A DNA stretch of 51,165 nt from a virus (taxonomy: Duplodnaviria; Caudoviricetes), in the IMG/VR virus record IMGVR_UViG_3300011442_000012, positions 1 through 51,165 of that record; one strand, 5' to 3'. This document shows, piece by piece, positions 27,321 to 36,760 of this stretch. The notes under the pieces are model-generated. The model did not search any database. It saw only the letters and a list, made by a program, of their open reading frames with translations, and was not told where the DNA came from. The stretch's first letter is position 1; each line of letters begins with the position of its first letter. Made by a program: the position numbers and the translations under genes.

Positions 27321-27884
27321 CTACGTGAAGTTTTGTGCGTACACTGCGTATTGATGTACAGTCATCGAACCGGTCGCGGCCGTCTGGGTGAAGAACAAAT
27401 CGATCTGCTGCGTCGCGGTCGTGTCGAAATTGTTTCCAACAGCCGGAGCCGTATTCCATGGCAGCATGGCCACGACACCGCCAATGGGCATGGCGACGTT
27501 CGCACCACCGAGAACGTTCGGTGCGGTGTAGGTGCCTTGACCAAAGAGGTTGCCGGTGGCCCCGATGGCTCGGCAGGTCAGCAAGATTTCAAGATTCCAT
27601 CCGATGTTGGTGTAAGCGTTCGTGACCACGAGCGCGATGGCCTGCGAATCGAATACGACCGTACCACCGAATCGAATATCGTATCGCTGCGTACCCGGAG
27701 TCGTGGCCACCACCGACGTACGACCAGTGGCTTTGACCATCAGTTGCTTGCCGATGAAGTCAAAGTAGTTCGCGGGTAGCGTGAACTTCGCAGCCGGAGG
27801 AATCGCCGATGCGGCCGCAGCTGCGGTCAATGCCGTTCCATCGACCTGCGAGTTGACGAGGGTAGTCCAGAAACCGATTGACAT
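27321..27884 (-). CDS. virion beta-sandwich protein, paralog of 38936..39484
   Basis: Shared LTAAAAAS, TLPA.Y, TGR.SVV.TTPGT, LPWNTAP.VG, D.FFTQT.ATGSMTVHQ. Confidence 0.7.
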   Translation of the reverse strand: MSIGFWTTLVNSQVDGTALTAAAAASAIPPAAKFTLPANYFDFIGKQLMVKATGRTSVVATTPGTQRYDIRFGGTVVFDSQAIALVVTNAYTNIGWNLEILLTCRAIGATGNLFGQGTYTAPNVLGGANVAMPIGGVVAMLPWNTAPAVGNNFDTTATQQIDLFFTQTAATGSMTVHQYAVYAQNFT

Positions 27885-27894
27885 GTGCTCTCCT

Positions 27895-30165
27895 TTAGAA
27901 AGTAGCTGCGCTGAACTTCTTTTGCGATTTCAACTGATCCATGAGGATCTTAAAGATCTGGTTCGCACTATCCCGAGCCGTGCCATTTACATTGAACGTG
28001 TTATTGATCACGGATCCTCCGGCTCCTCCCGGCCATGGACCGGTTCCCGTTGGATACACGCGAGCACCTACCGGGAGCCGGACCACTTCTGGTCCTTCTT
28101 CTCCCACCAAAACGTCCGCTCCTTCTGCGGCTCGGGGACCGGTACCCATGTGCGCGTACGGCAAGATCACCCCGGACTTGATCAGACCTTCCAGCGTGCC
28201 ACCCTTCTTGATGTACGCCATAATCTGCGCATCGGACCATGTGATCTCGGCTGCGGGGTTCATCTTCCGATACTGGTTAATTCCTTCTTGCGTGGATAGA
28301 TCGTAAGTGAAGGAACCTCCCAAGGCTCGGTTCGCGGCTGCGGCGTCATCGGCTGCTTTCTTCTGAGCAGCCAATTTATCATTCTGCTTTTGCGTGGCCG
28401 CAGCAGCCGCGTTCATCGCCGCTACGGTATCGTTGCCGAGGCCTCGCACGGCATTGTCTGCGGCTGCAATCTTTGCCAGCTGCTCATCCAACGCGTCTCT
28501 GGTGAAGTGCAGAGAGCCGTGCAACATATCGTCGTAGGTCTGTCGTGCTCGATCGGCTATTTGTTTCAAGGCTTCGATGGACTTGTCTTTGACCGAGTCC
28601 CAGTCCGACGCCATGTTTTTGAGCTTCTCATCTGCTACCGCGTTGATCGCGTCGTAATGCTCCTTCCAATTCTTATCGGAGTCATCAAGTTTCGCGATCT
28701 CGTCGTTCCGCCACGCTTGGATCGATGCCTTCTGCGCATCAGCCGTCGTGCCGGATCCTTCCACGCGGAGTTTAAAGTACTCCTCCCAGAGCTTAGACGT
28801 TTCCTCGAGACTCTTCGATTGGACCTTCCACAACTCATCCTCGACCTTGGCCCGATCGATCATCTCCTTGGAAAGTTCCCGTTGAGTCGCTGCGAGCTTG
28901 GATGCATTGGCAGCCGCAATGTCTACGGTCTTATTGTTCTCAACCTGGACCGCATCTGCGTTCGCGACCGCATCGCGGACGTTCATGATCGTGCCACCGA
29001 GTCGATCGAGCGTCTTATCAAACTCGGAATTTCCCGTGACGCCTTTCATCGCTTCGGCGGTTTGTTCCGCGTAACTATCCGACATCGCTTTCAACTGCAC
29101 CTGGACGTTTCGGATTTCTTCCGCGACACCCGGAGGTACCAGATGGAGTTTGGCCCCGATTTCTGCGACCATCGCCCACCCGGATGCGATCATATCGAAG
29201 AAGGTAGTCACAAGCGTCATCGTCCCGTTGATGACCACGCTCACTCCGGACCACACGGTATGAATCACCCGTGCTGTTTCGACAAACCCGAGTGCAACGT
29301 TTGCGGCGACGATGATGGTCTGCTTCAAAAATTCCACCACCATCTTGATGGACTCTTGCTGGTCCCCTCCGAACGCGGCTTTGATCGCGGCTTCGGCTTC
29401 TCGCATGCCAGCTGCGAACGCCGGAGACTTTGCCACGGCAGAAGAGAGATTATCCAACCAGTTCATCAACCCGGTTTTTGCGGCTTCCAGCTGCTCACCG
29501 AAATCCCGTTCCTGCTTTCCGGCATCCTTCACGGCCGCTCCAAGCATCTGCATGATTTCGATACGCTTGGCTTCCACCTTCCCAACGTCGGATAGCTGCT
29601 CCTTCTTGATGCCGAGCGTGGCCGCGTACTTCTCTTCAGCGTTCGTACCCTCGACCACACCGAGTGCCATGGCCAAGGCTCTGGTCCTCCCCGTGACCAT
29701 GGCATCAGACACAAGGTCCAACATTTCCTTGGTGCCGCCAAGTCCACGATTCTGGAGCACGAAGGCTGCGGAGCCGAGCGTCCCGAAGTCATCAGCGGTG
29801 AGGTTGACACCAGCCGACAAGAGATGCGCGGCATTCTTCGTCAACTCGAAATCGGTGATGGTTTCTTTGGTTCCCTGTCGGAGCCGTTCGAGCGATGCGA
29901 GAGCCGCATCGGGCCCACCCGCGAAATGTTCAAACGTATCGCGGACGTCGTTAACATCCGCTCCACGTTCTCCGAGTTTGGCCGTGGCTGTGACCAGAGC
30001 CGTCACCGCAGCTGTGACGATACCGGTTACCCCGGCAATCGCCTTCATGCTTTCCTGCGTAGACTTATCGAAGTTGCTCAGTACCGTTTGAGCAAGATTC
30101 AAACGGCTGCTGAACTCGTCCTGGAGTTCGATGACGCCTTTGATTGCTCCGATGTCAGTAGCCAC
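27895..30165 (-). CDS. tail tape measure protein
   Basis: 756-aa Ala-rich helical protein after the chaperones. C-terminal LVGEEGPEVV.LP.GARV. Confidence 0.9.
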   Translation of the reverse strand: MATDIGAIKGVIELQDEFSSRLNLAQTVLSNFDKSTQESMKAIAGVTGIVTAAVTALVTATAKLGERGADVNDVRDTFEHFAGGPDAALASLERLRQGTKETITDFELTKNAAHLLSAGVNLTADDFGTLGSAAFVLQNRGLGGTKEMLDLVSDAMVTGRTRALAMALGVVEGTNAEEKYAATLGIKKEQLSDVGKVEAKRIEIMQMLGAAVKDAGKQERDFGEQLEAAKTGLMNWLDNLSSAVAKSPAFAAGMREAEAAIKAAFGGDQQESIKMVVEFLKQTIIVAANVALGFVETARVIHTVWSGVSVVINGTMTLVTTFFDMIASGWAMVAEIGAKLHLVPPGVAEEIRNVQVQLKAMSDSYAEQTAEAMKGVTGNSEFDKTLDRLGGTIMNVRDAVANADAVQVENNKTVDIAAANASKLAATQRELSKEMIDRAKVEDELWKVQSKSLEETSKLWEEYFKLRVEGSGTTADAQKASIQAWRNDEIAKLDDSDKNWKEHYDAINAVADEKLKNMASDWDSVKDKSIEALKQIADRARQTYDDMLHGSLHFTRDALDEQLAKIAAADNAVRGLGNDTVAAMNAAAAATQKQNDKLAAQKKAADDAAAANRALGGSFTYDLSTQEGINQYRKMNPAAEITWSDAQIMAYIKKGGTLEGLIKSGVILPYAHMGTGPRAAEGADVLVGEEGPEVVRLPVGARVYPTGTGPWPGGAGGSVINNTFNVNGTARDSANQIFKILMDQLKSQKKFSAATF

Positions 30166-30554
30166 TAAGCACCTTTACGCTGCTCCCTTTGGAACATGAG
30201 ATTCGATCCCGCAATCCATGAATCCAAAAGCAGTTCCTGAGTACGGATGGTTTGCGCTACGGCGGTCTTAGCTTTCTTTTTCAGATCACCGAAGCCGAGA
30301 AGAAATTCGGTCACCGGCCAACCATGCGGATACCGCTTGACGTCTCGAGCAATGTTCCACAGTGCGGCCTCGATTGCTGCCATGCGATAGTCCATTCGCT
30401 CTTCACCGAACGGTTCCAATTCACTGAAGGCCTTCCATTCTTGCCAATGCACCGATGACATTTCGCGGAGCATCCGATCGACGTTCGCATACCCGAGTTC
30501 CTTTGCGAGATGATATGCGAACCGTCGATTGGTTGTCCGCTCTAGTCCTTTTTT
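30165..30554 (-). CDS. tail assembly chaperone GT part (-1 frameshift)
   Basis: A AAA AAG at 30554-30548 leads into GLERTTNRRFAYHLAKELG...MLREMSS...W.AF..LEPFG. Confidence 0.85.
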   Translation of the reverse strand, partial: KKGLERTTNRRFAYHLAKELGYANVDRMLREMSSVHWQEWKAFSELEPFGEERMDYRMAAIEAALWNIARDVKRYPHGWPVTEFLLGFGDLKKKAKTAVAQTIRTQELLLDSWIAGSNLMFQREQRKGA

Positions 30555-30907
30555 AGTGCGGCTGCGGCCTCCGCTCCCATCTTGTTGAGAGCCAACGCTT
30601 CATCCTGCAAGAATGAAAGAATGGGGAGACTCCGCTTCCGAAGAGCATCAATATCCTCCAGTGTGAAGATTTTACGTCCGGTCTTGTCCACGGCACTGAA
30701 GGTGAGAATGATGAACATGCCCATGTCGGCATACTCGGGTTTGTTCAGAGTCTCGTGCATCTTGACGGATTCGTCAGCGGTTAGCTGCTGAAGACGAATA
30801 GTACCCTTCCACTTGGGGACAACGATATCCTTGAATTCGAGATCGTCTTCGACTCCAAGGATGTCAGCTGCCGTCAGTAACTGCATTTCCTTTTTCGGGG
30901 TCGTCAT
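30542..30907 (-). CDS. tail assembly chaperone G
   Basis: RBS aggaggag. LLT..DIL....D.....V.VP.W.G.I. Lies between the tail tube and tape measure genes. Confidence 0.85.
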   Translation of the reverse strand: MTTPKKEMQLLTAADILGVEDDLEFKDIVVPKWKGTIRLQQLTADESVKMHETLNKPEYADMGMFIILTFSAVDKTGRKIFTLEDIDALRKRSLPILSFLQDEALALNKMGAEAAAALKKD

Positions 30908-30933
30908 GATTTTGCTCCTCCTGCGTCTTGCGT

Positions 30934-31347
30934 TTACGATTCCGAAACGATACCGGCCCACGTGAATGCGAGGGAGGCTCCCTGCTTCCCGTCCACCGGT
31001 GCGACGTCGAACTTGAACATCTGCACGTAGGCCTGTCCGTACCGCACCTTGCTGGACGGAAAGAGCACACGCCAGTAATTCTTCACGTTGTTTACGATAT
31101 CCGAGAGAATGAGGATGTGCGTGGCCTCGGATGCCACGTAGTTGATCTTCATCGTCGGATCTGCCTGACGGAGCAGGCCGAGTACATGCGACTCGGATCC
31201 GTCATTGTGGGTCGAAGTTTCGATCTTGTTCCGGCTCATACCACCGGGATCGACTTCCGTGATTTCCCCGATCGTCACGTACGCTGCCGGGGTGGCAAAC
31301 GGCGCACGCTGGACCAGGATTCCAGTCGTTGTTACGGCATTCGACAT
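30934..31347 (-). CDS. tail tube protein
   Basis: IGEITEV...G.SR..IETSTH......GL...D.T..INY, plus gene position. Confidence 0.8.
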   Translation of the reverse strand: MSNAVTTTGILVQRAPFATPAAYVTIGEITEVDPGGMSRNKIETSTHNDGSESHVLGLLRQADPTMKINYVASEATHILILSDIVNNVKNYWRVLFPSSKVRYGQAYVQMFKFDVAPVDGKQGASLAFTWAGIVSES

Positions 31348-31468
31348 GAACTGTTCTCCCTTAGAAAAGCAACCACACCGAGCGTGACCACCAGTGAAGC
31401 AGACGACATGTCAATTCGTTTCCATCTGCTGGCCACGCATCGAAGTCGTACCGGACCCTCTTCACCGA

Positions 31469-31978
31469 CTACGCCGACGCTCCCCAGATCATCCAGTCGA
31501 AGTTCTGCGTACCGGCTGAGGGAGCGAAACGAAGTAGGTCACTGGCTCCTCCCACGACCGGCCAACCAGCAGCGTCCGGTGCGTAGTAGATCATCGCGCC
31601 ACCGTTCTTGACGGCGATGGTATGAGCGGCCGCACCGAACGGTCCGACCCACTGCGTGGCAGCTGCACCACCCATGATCACGTTCCCGGAGTCTGCCGAA
31701 TACTGATCCCGGAAGATCGCAAACCCCTTGATACGAGCGAACGAGATCACGGTACCGTACACGTCCGTGAGAGAACCCGAAAGATCCACATCGTAGTTCC
31801 CGCTGATCGCCTTGGCGAGTTCGGTGAAGATCTTGTCACCCTGATTCGCCCCGACGCCGGATGCGAGAGAAGCCACGAGAGACTTCTGTACGGATCCGAC
31901 GGCTCCGGCCATTCCGACTGAGTTATTGTAGAGTGCCTGAACCTGAAGATTCAGGGTCATTGCAAGAGTCGCTGCCAT
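31469..31978 (-). CDS. beta-rich virion protein
   Basis: RBS aggag. G/A-rich, within the neck-tail block. Confidence 0.6.
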   Translation of the reverse strand: MAATLAMTLNLQVQALYNNSVGMAGAVGSVQKSLVASLASGVGANQGDKIFTELAKAISGNYDVDLSGSLTDVYGTVISFARIKGFAIFRDQYSADSGNVIMGGAAATQWVGPFGAAAHTIAVKNGGAMIYYAPDAAGWPVVGGASDLLRFAPSAGTQNFDWMIWGASA

Positions 31979-31988
31979 GTCTTTTCTC

Positions 31989-32408
31989 CTAACTGGTTGC
32001 GGGTGAAAGCCGTTTGTAACAGTCGATATTGAACGCGAACCGAGGCCGTCCGTCTTCGTCCTCTCCGAGATCGAACGGCTCTTGCACCATCATGATCCAC
32101 ACCCACCACGTCCCATTGACGAATTGGTTGCGGACAGGAAAGAGTACCCCGTATGCTAACTGGATAAGGTCCCGAGCTTCCTTGACATCGTCGCTTCGTG
32201 CCACGATCTGTGCGGACGGTTTGACATAGCCGGGGAGCAGGGGAGTGTTCTGGATGATATCCGGCTTGGAGCCTCCGGTTTCTCGCAATGTGAGGAAGGC
32301 TCCCGCACCTGGACCGGGGATGGAGGCCTTCGGTCCCGAAAAAATCGTGGTCCCGAATGTCCCGCATCCTCCGACTTGGAGAAGTGTAACCAGATCATCA
32401 ATGAACAT
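31989..32408 (-). CDS. tail terminator (minor capsid-like) protein
   Basis: ETGG..P...P..QI..R...Q.PF.LG.DE.GR..F.FN. Confidence 0.75.
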   Translation of the reverse strand: MFIDDLVTLLQVGGCGTFGTTIFSGPKASIPGPGAGAFLTLRETGGSKPDIIQNTPLLPGYVKPSAQIVARSDDVKEARDLIQLAYGVLFPVRNQFVNGTWWVWIMMVQEPFDLGEDEDGRPRFAFNIDCYKRLSPATS

Positions 32409-32791
32409 TACAGTGCCTTATTCAAGTCGATACGAGCCGCCACGCGTTTTCCCATGGACGGTGCCGACTCCTTGATCGGACCTTCGATGAACTTCGCATT
32501 CCCTACCGAGTGGAACAGATCTAGGTCTTCATGCTGCTTGAGTGCGTAGTCAATGGACTTTTCCCCGGTTTGGATTTCACACCAGATCCGTCGCCCTTCG
32601 ATGAACGGACCTTCCCGATGAATTTCTCGCTGCATGTCATGGGACTCTACCGGGGACTGACGTTTGCACTCCAACACTTCGATGTCCGTCTCCTTTGCTA
32701 GCGCACGGCCGAACTCACTCGGAGAGTACGCATTGATTTTTTGGATTTTCTTCAACATGTCGAGTGTACCAGAGATGGAAAAATTAATCAT
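32408..32791 (-). CDS. HK97 gp10-like neck protein
   Basis: SPVES..M, YAL.QHE...H..G.AKFIE.P. Confidence 0.75.
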   Translation of the reverse strand: MINFSISGTLDMLKKIQKINAYSPSEFGRALAKETDIEVLECKRQSPVESHDMQREIHREGPFIEGRRIWCEIQTGEKSIDYALKQHEDLDLFHSVGNAKFIEGPIKESAPSMGKRVAARIDLNKAL

Positions 32792-33144
32792 CCGAGGTAC
32801 ACCTGAGAAAGCACCGGCCCACCTGACTCTGGGTCGATGAACCCTTCGATCGTCAGGATAGGGCCGGTGTTACCGTTGGGTAATACGATCCGGTCATCCG
32901 TCGTGACCGTGAGCGCCGGATCCAGAAAGAGGACGGAGGCTTGCGACATTTCGAGTTCGCCAGCAGCCGTGACCACCGATTTCTGTTTCATTTCCACAAC
33001 GGCCAGTCTCGAGACCGGCGGACCATAGAGCCGTTTCCCATATCCATCCTGACCTGCGTACGATTCGTGCGTAACGGTCGCTTGCAGGCCAAGCGAATTT
33101 GTAACGCTACTCGCCAGATTGATCATGTCGGAAAGGAAGCTCAT
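32788..33144 (-). CDS. head closure protein
   Basis: DGYG...Y, DRI.LP.G. Position after the adaptor gene. Confidence 0.7.
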   Translation of the reverse strand: MSFLSDMINLASSVTNSLGLQATVTHESYAGQDGYGKRLYGPPVSRLAVVEMKQKSVVTAAGELEMSQASVLFLDPALTVTTDDRIVLPNGNTGPILTIEGFIDPESGGPVLSQVYLG

Positions 33145-33146
33145 GG

Positions 33147-33683
33147 CTACGCTCGGATCAGATCCCGAACGCCCATCTGTCGAGCGTTCGGGTATCCCCA
33201 ACCGGAGGGGATGAGGTTGTACACGGCATCCGGTACAGTCTTCGCAAACACCGAGTCTTTGAAATCAATTTGTACCGACCCGGCCTTCACGGATGTGATC
33301 CCCTGCGTTTGAATCGCGGAGTCCGCCGTTCGATCACCCACGAGGAGTTGACCGGCGTACTCCGCTGTCGCTCGCTGGAGTTCAATGGGAATCGTGTGGA
33401 TGTCCACGTACTCCCACCCATTCGGCTTGAGCATACCGCCACGAGGCCAAAGCAAGGCCTGAATGGCATCTGTCGGATACCCCGTCCACGTCCACATCCG
33501 GTCCATCAACAAAGTTCCGAAGAGCAGGGCACCGTTTTTGTTATCGTCCGTGGCAGCACGCCACGCGGTGACCGTCGGACTCGGCAATGGCCGGTCTGTG
33601 AAGTACTGGTTCGCAAACGTCAAATCCGCGTAGGCATTGGCGAAAGCCGAACCAGCGGTCGTGACGAGAGTAGATACCGGCAT
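33147..33683 (-). CDS. head-tail adaptor (DnaT-like family)
   Basis: ANAYA....A..YF..R, W, QAL.WPR, IP.EL..A..E.A, KAGSV. Confidence 0.8.
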   Translation of the reverse strand: MPVSTLVTTAGSAFANAYADLTFANQYFTDRPLPSPTVTAWRAATDDNKNGALLFGTLLMDRMWTWTGYPTDAIQALLWPRGGMLKPNGWEYVDIHTIPIELQRATAEYAGQLLVGDRTADSAIQTQGITSVKAGSVQIDFKDSVFAKTVPDAVYNLIPSGWGYPNARQMGVRDLIRA

Positions 33684-33689
33684 GGTACC

Positions 33690-34157
33690 CTACGCCGCGT
33701 CTGCCGTGTACTCGATGAAGTAATCGATGTTGGTCGAAGTCGCCAGTGAACCACCGGTCTTCGAGGCCGACACCGCCGTGTTGGCGTCCATCTGCACGAA
33801 CGATGCGCCATCGGCCAACACCGTCGCGTTCGCGGCACCGGCTCGCAGAATCGTGCTCTGCGTCAGACCGGCTACCGCAGCTGCGAGGAGCTTGACCGTG
33901 GCGGCCGATGCCGTGCCAATGAGATCGACCGTGGTCGCACCAGACGCCGCGCCACCGATCGCAATCAGCCACGCATCGATTAGACGCCACCGCACACCCG
34001 GAAGAGCCGGAAGCAACACGAGTCCGGCATTTACCTGTGCGGTGGTCACACGCGTACGAAGGGTCCGAGCAATACCGAACTGGACCAGCGTGCCCAGCAC
34101 GTACCGCTCGATTTCCATCCCGCGACCCTGCGGGTACATTCTCGAATCAGATCCCAT
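33690..34157 (-). CDS. putative head decoration/virion protein
   Basis: RBS aaggag. Immediately after the capsid gene. A/T/G-rich. Confidence 0.55.
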   Translation of the reverse strand: MGSDSRMYPQGRGMEIERYVLGTLVQFGIARTLRTRVTTAQVNAGLVLLPALPGVRWRLIDAWLIAIGGAASGATTVDLIGTASAATVKLLAAAVAGLTQSTILRAGAANATVLADGASFVQMDANTAVSASKTGGSLATSTNIDYFIEYTADAA

Positions 34158-34185
34158 GAACGTTCTCCTTCAGTCTCGTTGAGTG

Positions 34186-34215
34186 AGCAGACGGTTCGGA
34201 ATTGAACCGTCTGCT
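34186..34215 (-). terminator. 12-bp hairpin after the capsid stop (terminator or stabiliser)
   Basis: agcagacggttc / gaaccgtctgct. No U-tract. Confidence 0.5.
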
Positions 34216-34227
34216 GGTTCATGTGAA

Positions 34228-35379
34228 CTAACCCGCGATGAAGACACCCGCGTTCGGTCTCGGCACGGCACCGCCGTACAGAGCGTCGAACGACCACTGC
34301 ACCTGCCGATGCTGGCGGGAAACTTCGACACGCAGCGAGAAACCCGAGACCACATCCACGGCCGTGGCCGTGAGTGTCGCTCCGGGAACCTGCACTGTGT
34401 CCGACAGCGGAGCCATCGCGAACGTGAGTGCGTCGCGCTGGATCAGGGTATTCATCACGAATGAGGCACGCTTCGTGAGCGGCTCGTTGTCCACGATCGC
34501 CGCCACGAGCGGAGGGTTGAACGTGATCGAAGTGATCGTCGAACCACCCACGGTGGACTGTACCTGATACGTCTGGGTATGCCCGGAGAACGAAATGATA
34601 TCTCCGAGAACCAGCGTACCCAGAGCGCCACCGTCCACGGTGATCGTGCTGGTGCCGATCGCATAACCGGCTCCGTTGTTCACGAGGTACCCGGCCGTGG
34701 CCGTACCGGCCGTGTGGGTCGGAACCCGCTGGCTCATCAGCCAGAGTGCCCCGAGCTTTCGGCCGATCTGACCATCGATGATGCCAGCCGTGTCACCACG
34801 GAAGCTGGCATCCTGGAAGGCACGCAGGCCGAGTGCATTGGCTTCCGCATCGGAGTTGATCACCGTGTAGCGGGGATCGAGTGCGGCCAGCTGGTTGTTG
34901 GCGATCTTTCTGGCGTCGAGATACGCACCGAGATCCGCAGCGAACGGAGTGGTGCCGGACACGCCAGCGAATCCGTAGAAGCCGAGCGCACCGTGCGTCA
35001 GCGACCACAGATAATCCTCGATGCCGTTCGCCACGGACTTCACGGCTTCGGCTGCCTGCATCGGGAGGATGTTGCGATCCACCTGTGACAGACCCTTGTC
35101 GTCCATCGCGAACGGAGCTTCCTTCCACTGTGACAGCTGGACGGGAATGCTCGTCGGCGTGACGGTGGTGACAGCCGGAGGCACGACATCCGGTGCGACC
35201 GTACGCGAGGTGACCGCAGCCGGAACGGCTACGTTGACGACAGCGAATCGCTTCGCTGCGGTGATCTGGTTCTCGTAATCGCGGTTGGCGATATGAACCA
35301 ATGCCAGGTATTCGCGGAGGGTGTCGAGGCCCATCGCGACGACCGTGCCCAGAATGTTCGATGTTACCATTGCGGCCAT
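34228..35379 (-). CDS. major capsid protein (P22 coat-like, with insertion domain)
   Basis: ANRDY, V.V.VP, G.IGR..G....SQ.VP.HTAG, L..GDIISFSG, FD.LYG....P. Confidence 0.88.
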   Translation of the reverse strand: MAAMVTSNILGTVVAMGLDTLREYLALVHIANRDYENQITAAKRFAVVNVAVPAAVTSRTVAPDVVPPAVTTVTPTSIPVQLSQWKEAPFAMDDKGLSQVDRNILPMQAAEAVKSVANGIEDYLWSLTHGALGFYGFAGVSGTTPFAADLGAYLDARKIANNQLAALDPRYTVINSDAEANALGLRAFQDASFRGDTAGIIDGQIGRKLGALWLMSQRVPTHTAGTATAGYLVNNGAGYAIGTSTITVDGGALGTLVLGDIISFSGHTQTYQVQSTVGGSTITSITFNPPLVAAIVDNEPLTKRASFVMNTLIQRDALTFAMAPLSDTVQVPGATLTATAVDVVSGFSLRVEVSRQHRQVQWSFDALYGGAVPRPNAGVFIAG

Positions 35380-35424
35380 GTTGGAATCTCTCCTTGAAAG
35401 TCAAACGAGTTTTGACGACCAAGC

Positions 35425-35574
35425 GACTCCACCGGAGCCGGGTAACTCTTTCACCGAAAGAGCACCGGGATCTACGCTCACCGAGCCTCGATCCCCTGAC
35501 ACGACGACGACATCTATCAAGAGGTTTCGCGTTTCACTGAAACGAGGGAGCCTCACTCACTGAGCAAGGCTCCC
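35425..35574 (-). promoter_or_regulatory. array of five hairpins with C-(G/A)GU-G loops in the capsid mRNA leader
   Basis: On the - strand: gctc-agt-gagt, cgtttc-agt-gaaacg, gctc-ggt-gagc, ctctttc-ggt-gaaagag, ctcc-ggt-ggag. Confidence 0.7.
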
Positions 35575-35595
35575 CATCCCACCTCGAACTAACGA

Positions 35596-36402
35596 CTACT
35601 GGTTGGTGTATCGAACCTTGACCTTGCCTTCCCGAATGAGCTTCGCGTTATCTCCGAGTTGTTCCATGGTCGGATCCGTCAGCCACGTCTGACCCGGCTT
35701 CAAGCCATCCCCGGATCCGCCACCCGGTGCGCCACCGGAGGCACCGCCACCGTTGGAGGATTTGAAGGCGAACGCAGACTCCTTCACTTGCGTAGCCAGC
35801 CACTCAGTCACCGATAGCGGTTCACCCGGCCGTTCGGCACTGAACTTGTTTTCTTTGGCCGTCACGCTTCCGGCTTTCACGATGAACACATCTCCGGCTT
35901 TGCCGACGATGTAATCGAGCGCCGACGGTTCGCCACCGGCCTTCGTGAAGAAATCCTGCACTGTTGAACGGAGCGTGGACTGATCCGCTCGGGTCGTGGC
36001 CTCTTCTTTTTCTTTCTTCAACGTGTCCACTTCCTGCCGAAGCGGATCCGCCACCGCCTTGATCGCGGCTTGGATCTTGGTATCGATTTCGTCCGGCTTG
36101 TTCCCACCCTTTTTCCGGAACTCTTCAAGTTCCGTCAACGAGGTGCGAACGGTCGTCGGATCGAGACCTTCAAACGCTTTGACCTTCGGTTTCAGGTCGT
36201 CGTTCTCCTTCATCAGTGCGATGTTCTTGTCCCTGAACTCCACCACCTTCACGTTCGCTTCGTTCAGCTGCGTGATGGGGACGAAGCCAACCGGTGAACC
36301 GTCCAATGAGAGATGGTACTTTCCGTCCTTCTGCTCGTAGAACGTTCTCGCCGCTTCCGGGACCTTGTCCAACGACTCCACTACCGGTGCCAGTCCTGCC
36401 AT
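35596..36402 (-). CDS. capsid scaffold protein
   Basis: SLD.VPE..R.FY..KDGKY.L, EFRD.NI.L, coiled coil, F..S.GGGA.G. Upstream of the capsid gene. Confidence 0.85.
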   Translation of the reverse strand: MAGLAPVVESLDKVPEAARTFYEQKDGKYHLSLDGSPVGFVPITQLNEANVKVVEFRDKNIALMKENDDLKPKVKAFEGLDPTTVRTSLTELEEFRKKGGNKPDEIDTKIQAAIKAVADPLRQEVDTLKKEKEEATTRADQSTLRSTVQDFFTKAGGEPSALDYIVGKAGDVFIVKAGSVTAKENKFSAERPGEPLSVTEWLATQVKESAFAFKSSNGGGASGGAPGGGSGDGLKPGQTWLTDPTMEQLGDNAKLIREGKVKVRYTNQ

Positions 36403-36760
36403 GTTCCACTCCTCCTGCATGCTCCATTGCATCGAACTTGTCGAGCAGATACGTCATGCACGTGATCCAAGACTCTCCAGTCTGCTCACTGGCGTCCAGG
36501 CCTGAAGCGATCAGGTGCAAGGCTCCGAATTCCGGATTGGGTTCTTTCATCGTGGCTTCCAATACGCGAAGGCCCACGGTGATGACCACGGGATCTTTCG
36601 AGTCAATGATCGAACGGCATCGCGCACGCAGATGTCGGATCTGCTGGCGTGTCCCGTTGTGAGATCGGTACACGAACTTCTTCTTCGGGTACGCGGTCTG
36701 ATCCCGCATCGAGGGAAACACCGGACCTTTGATTCCCGGATTCTTCAACGGGCGATTCAC
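36170..36760 (-). CDS. hypothetical protein, 3' part overlaps the scaffold gene
   Basis: GTGA-coupled to the upstream gene and fills the gap to the scaffold gene. Confidence 0.35.
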   Translation of the reverse strand: MNRPLKNPGIKGPVFPSMRDQTAYPKKKFVYRSHNGTRQQIRHLRARCRSIIDSKDPVVITVGLRVLEATMKEPNPEFGALHLIASGLDASEQTGESWITCMTYLLDKFDAMEHAGGVEHGRTGTGSGVVGQGPGSGENVLRAEGRKVPSLIGRFTGWLRPHHAAERSEREGGGVQGQEHRTDEGERRPETEGQSV

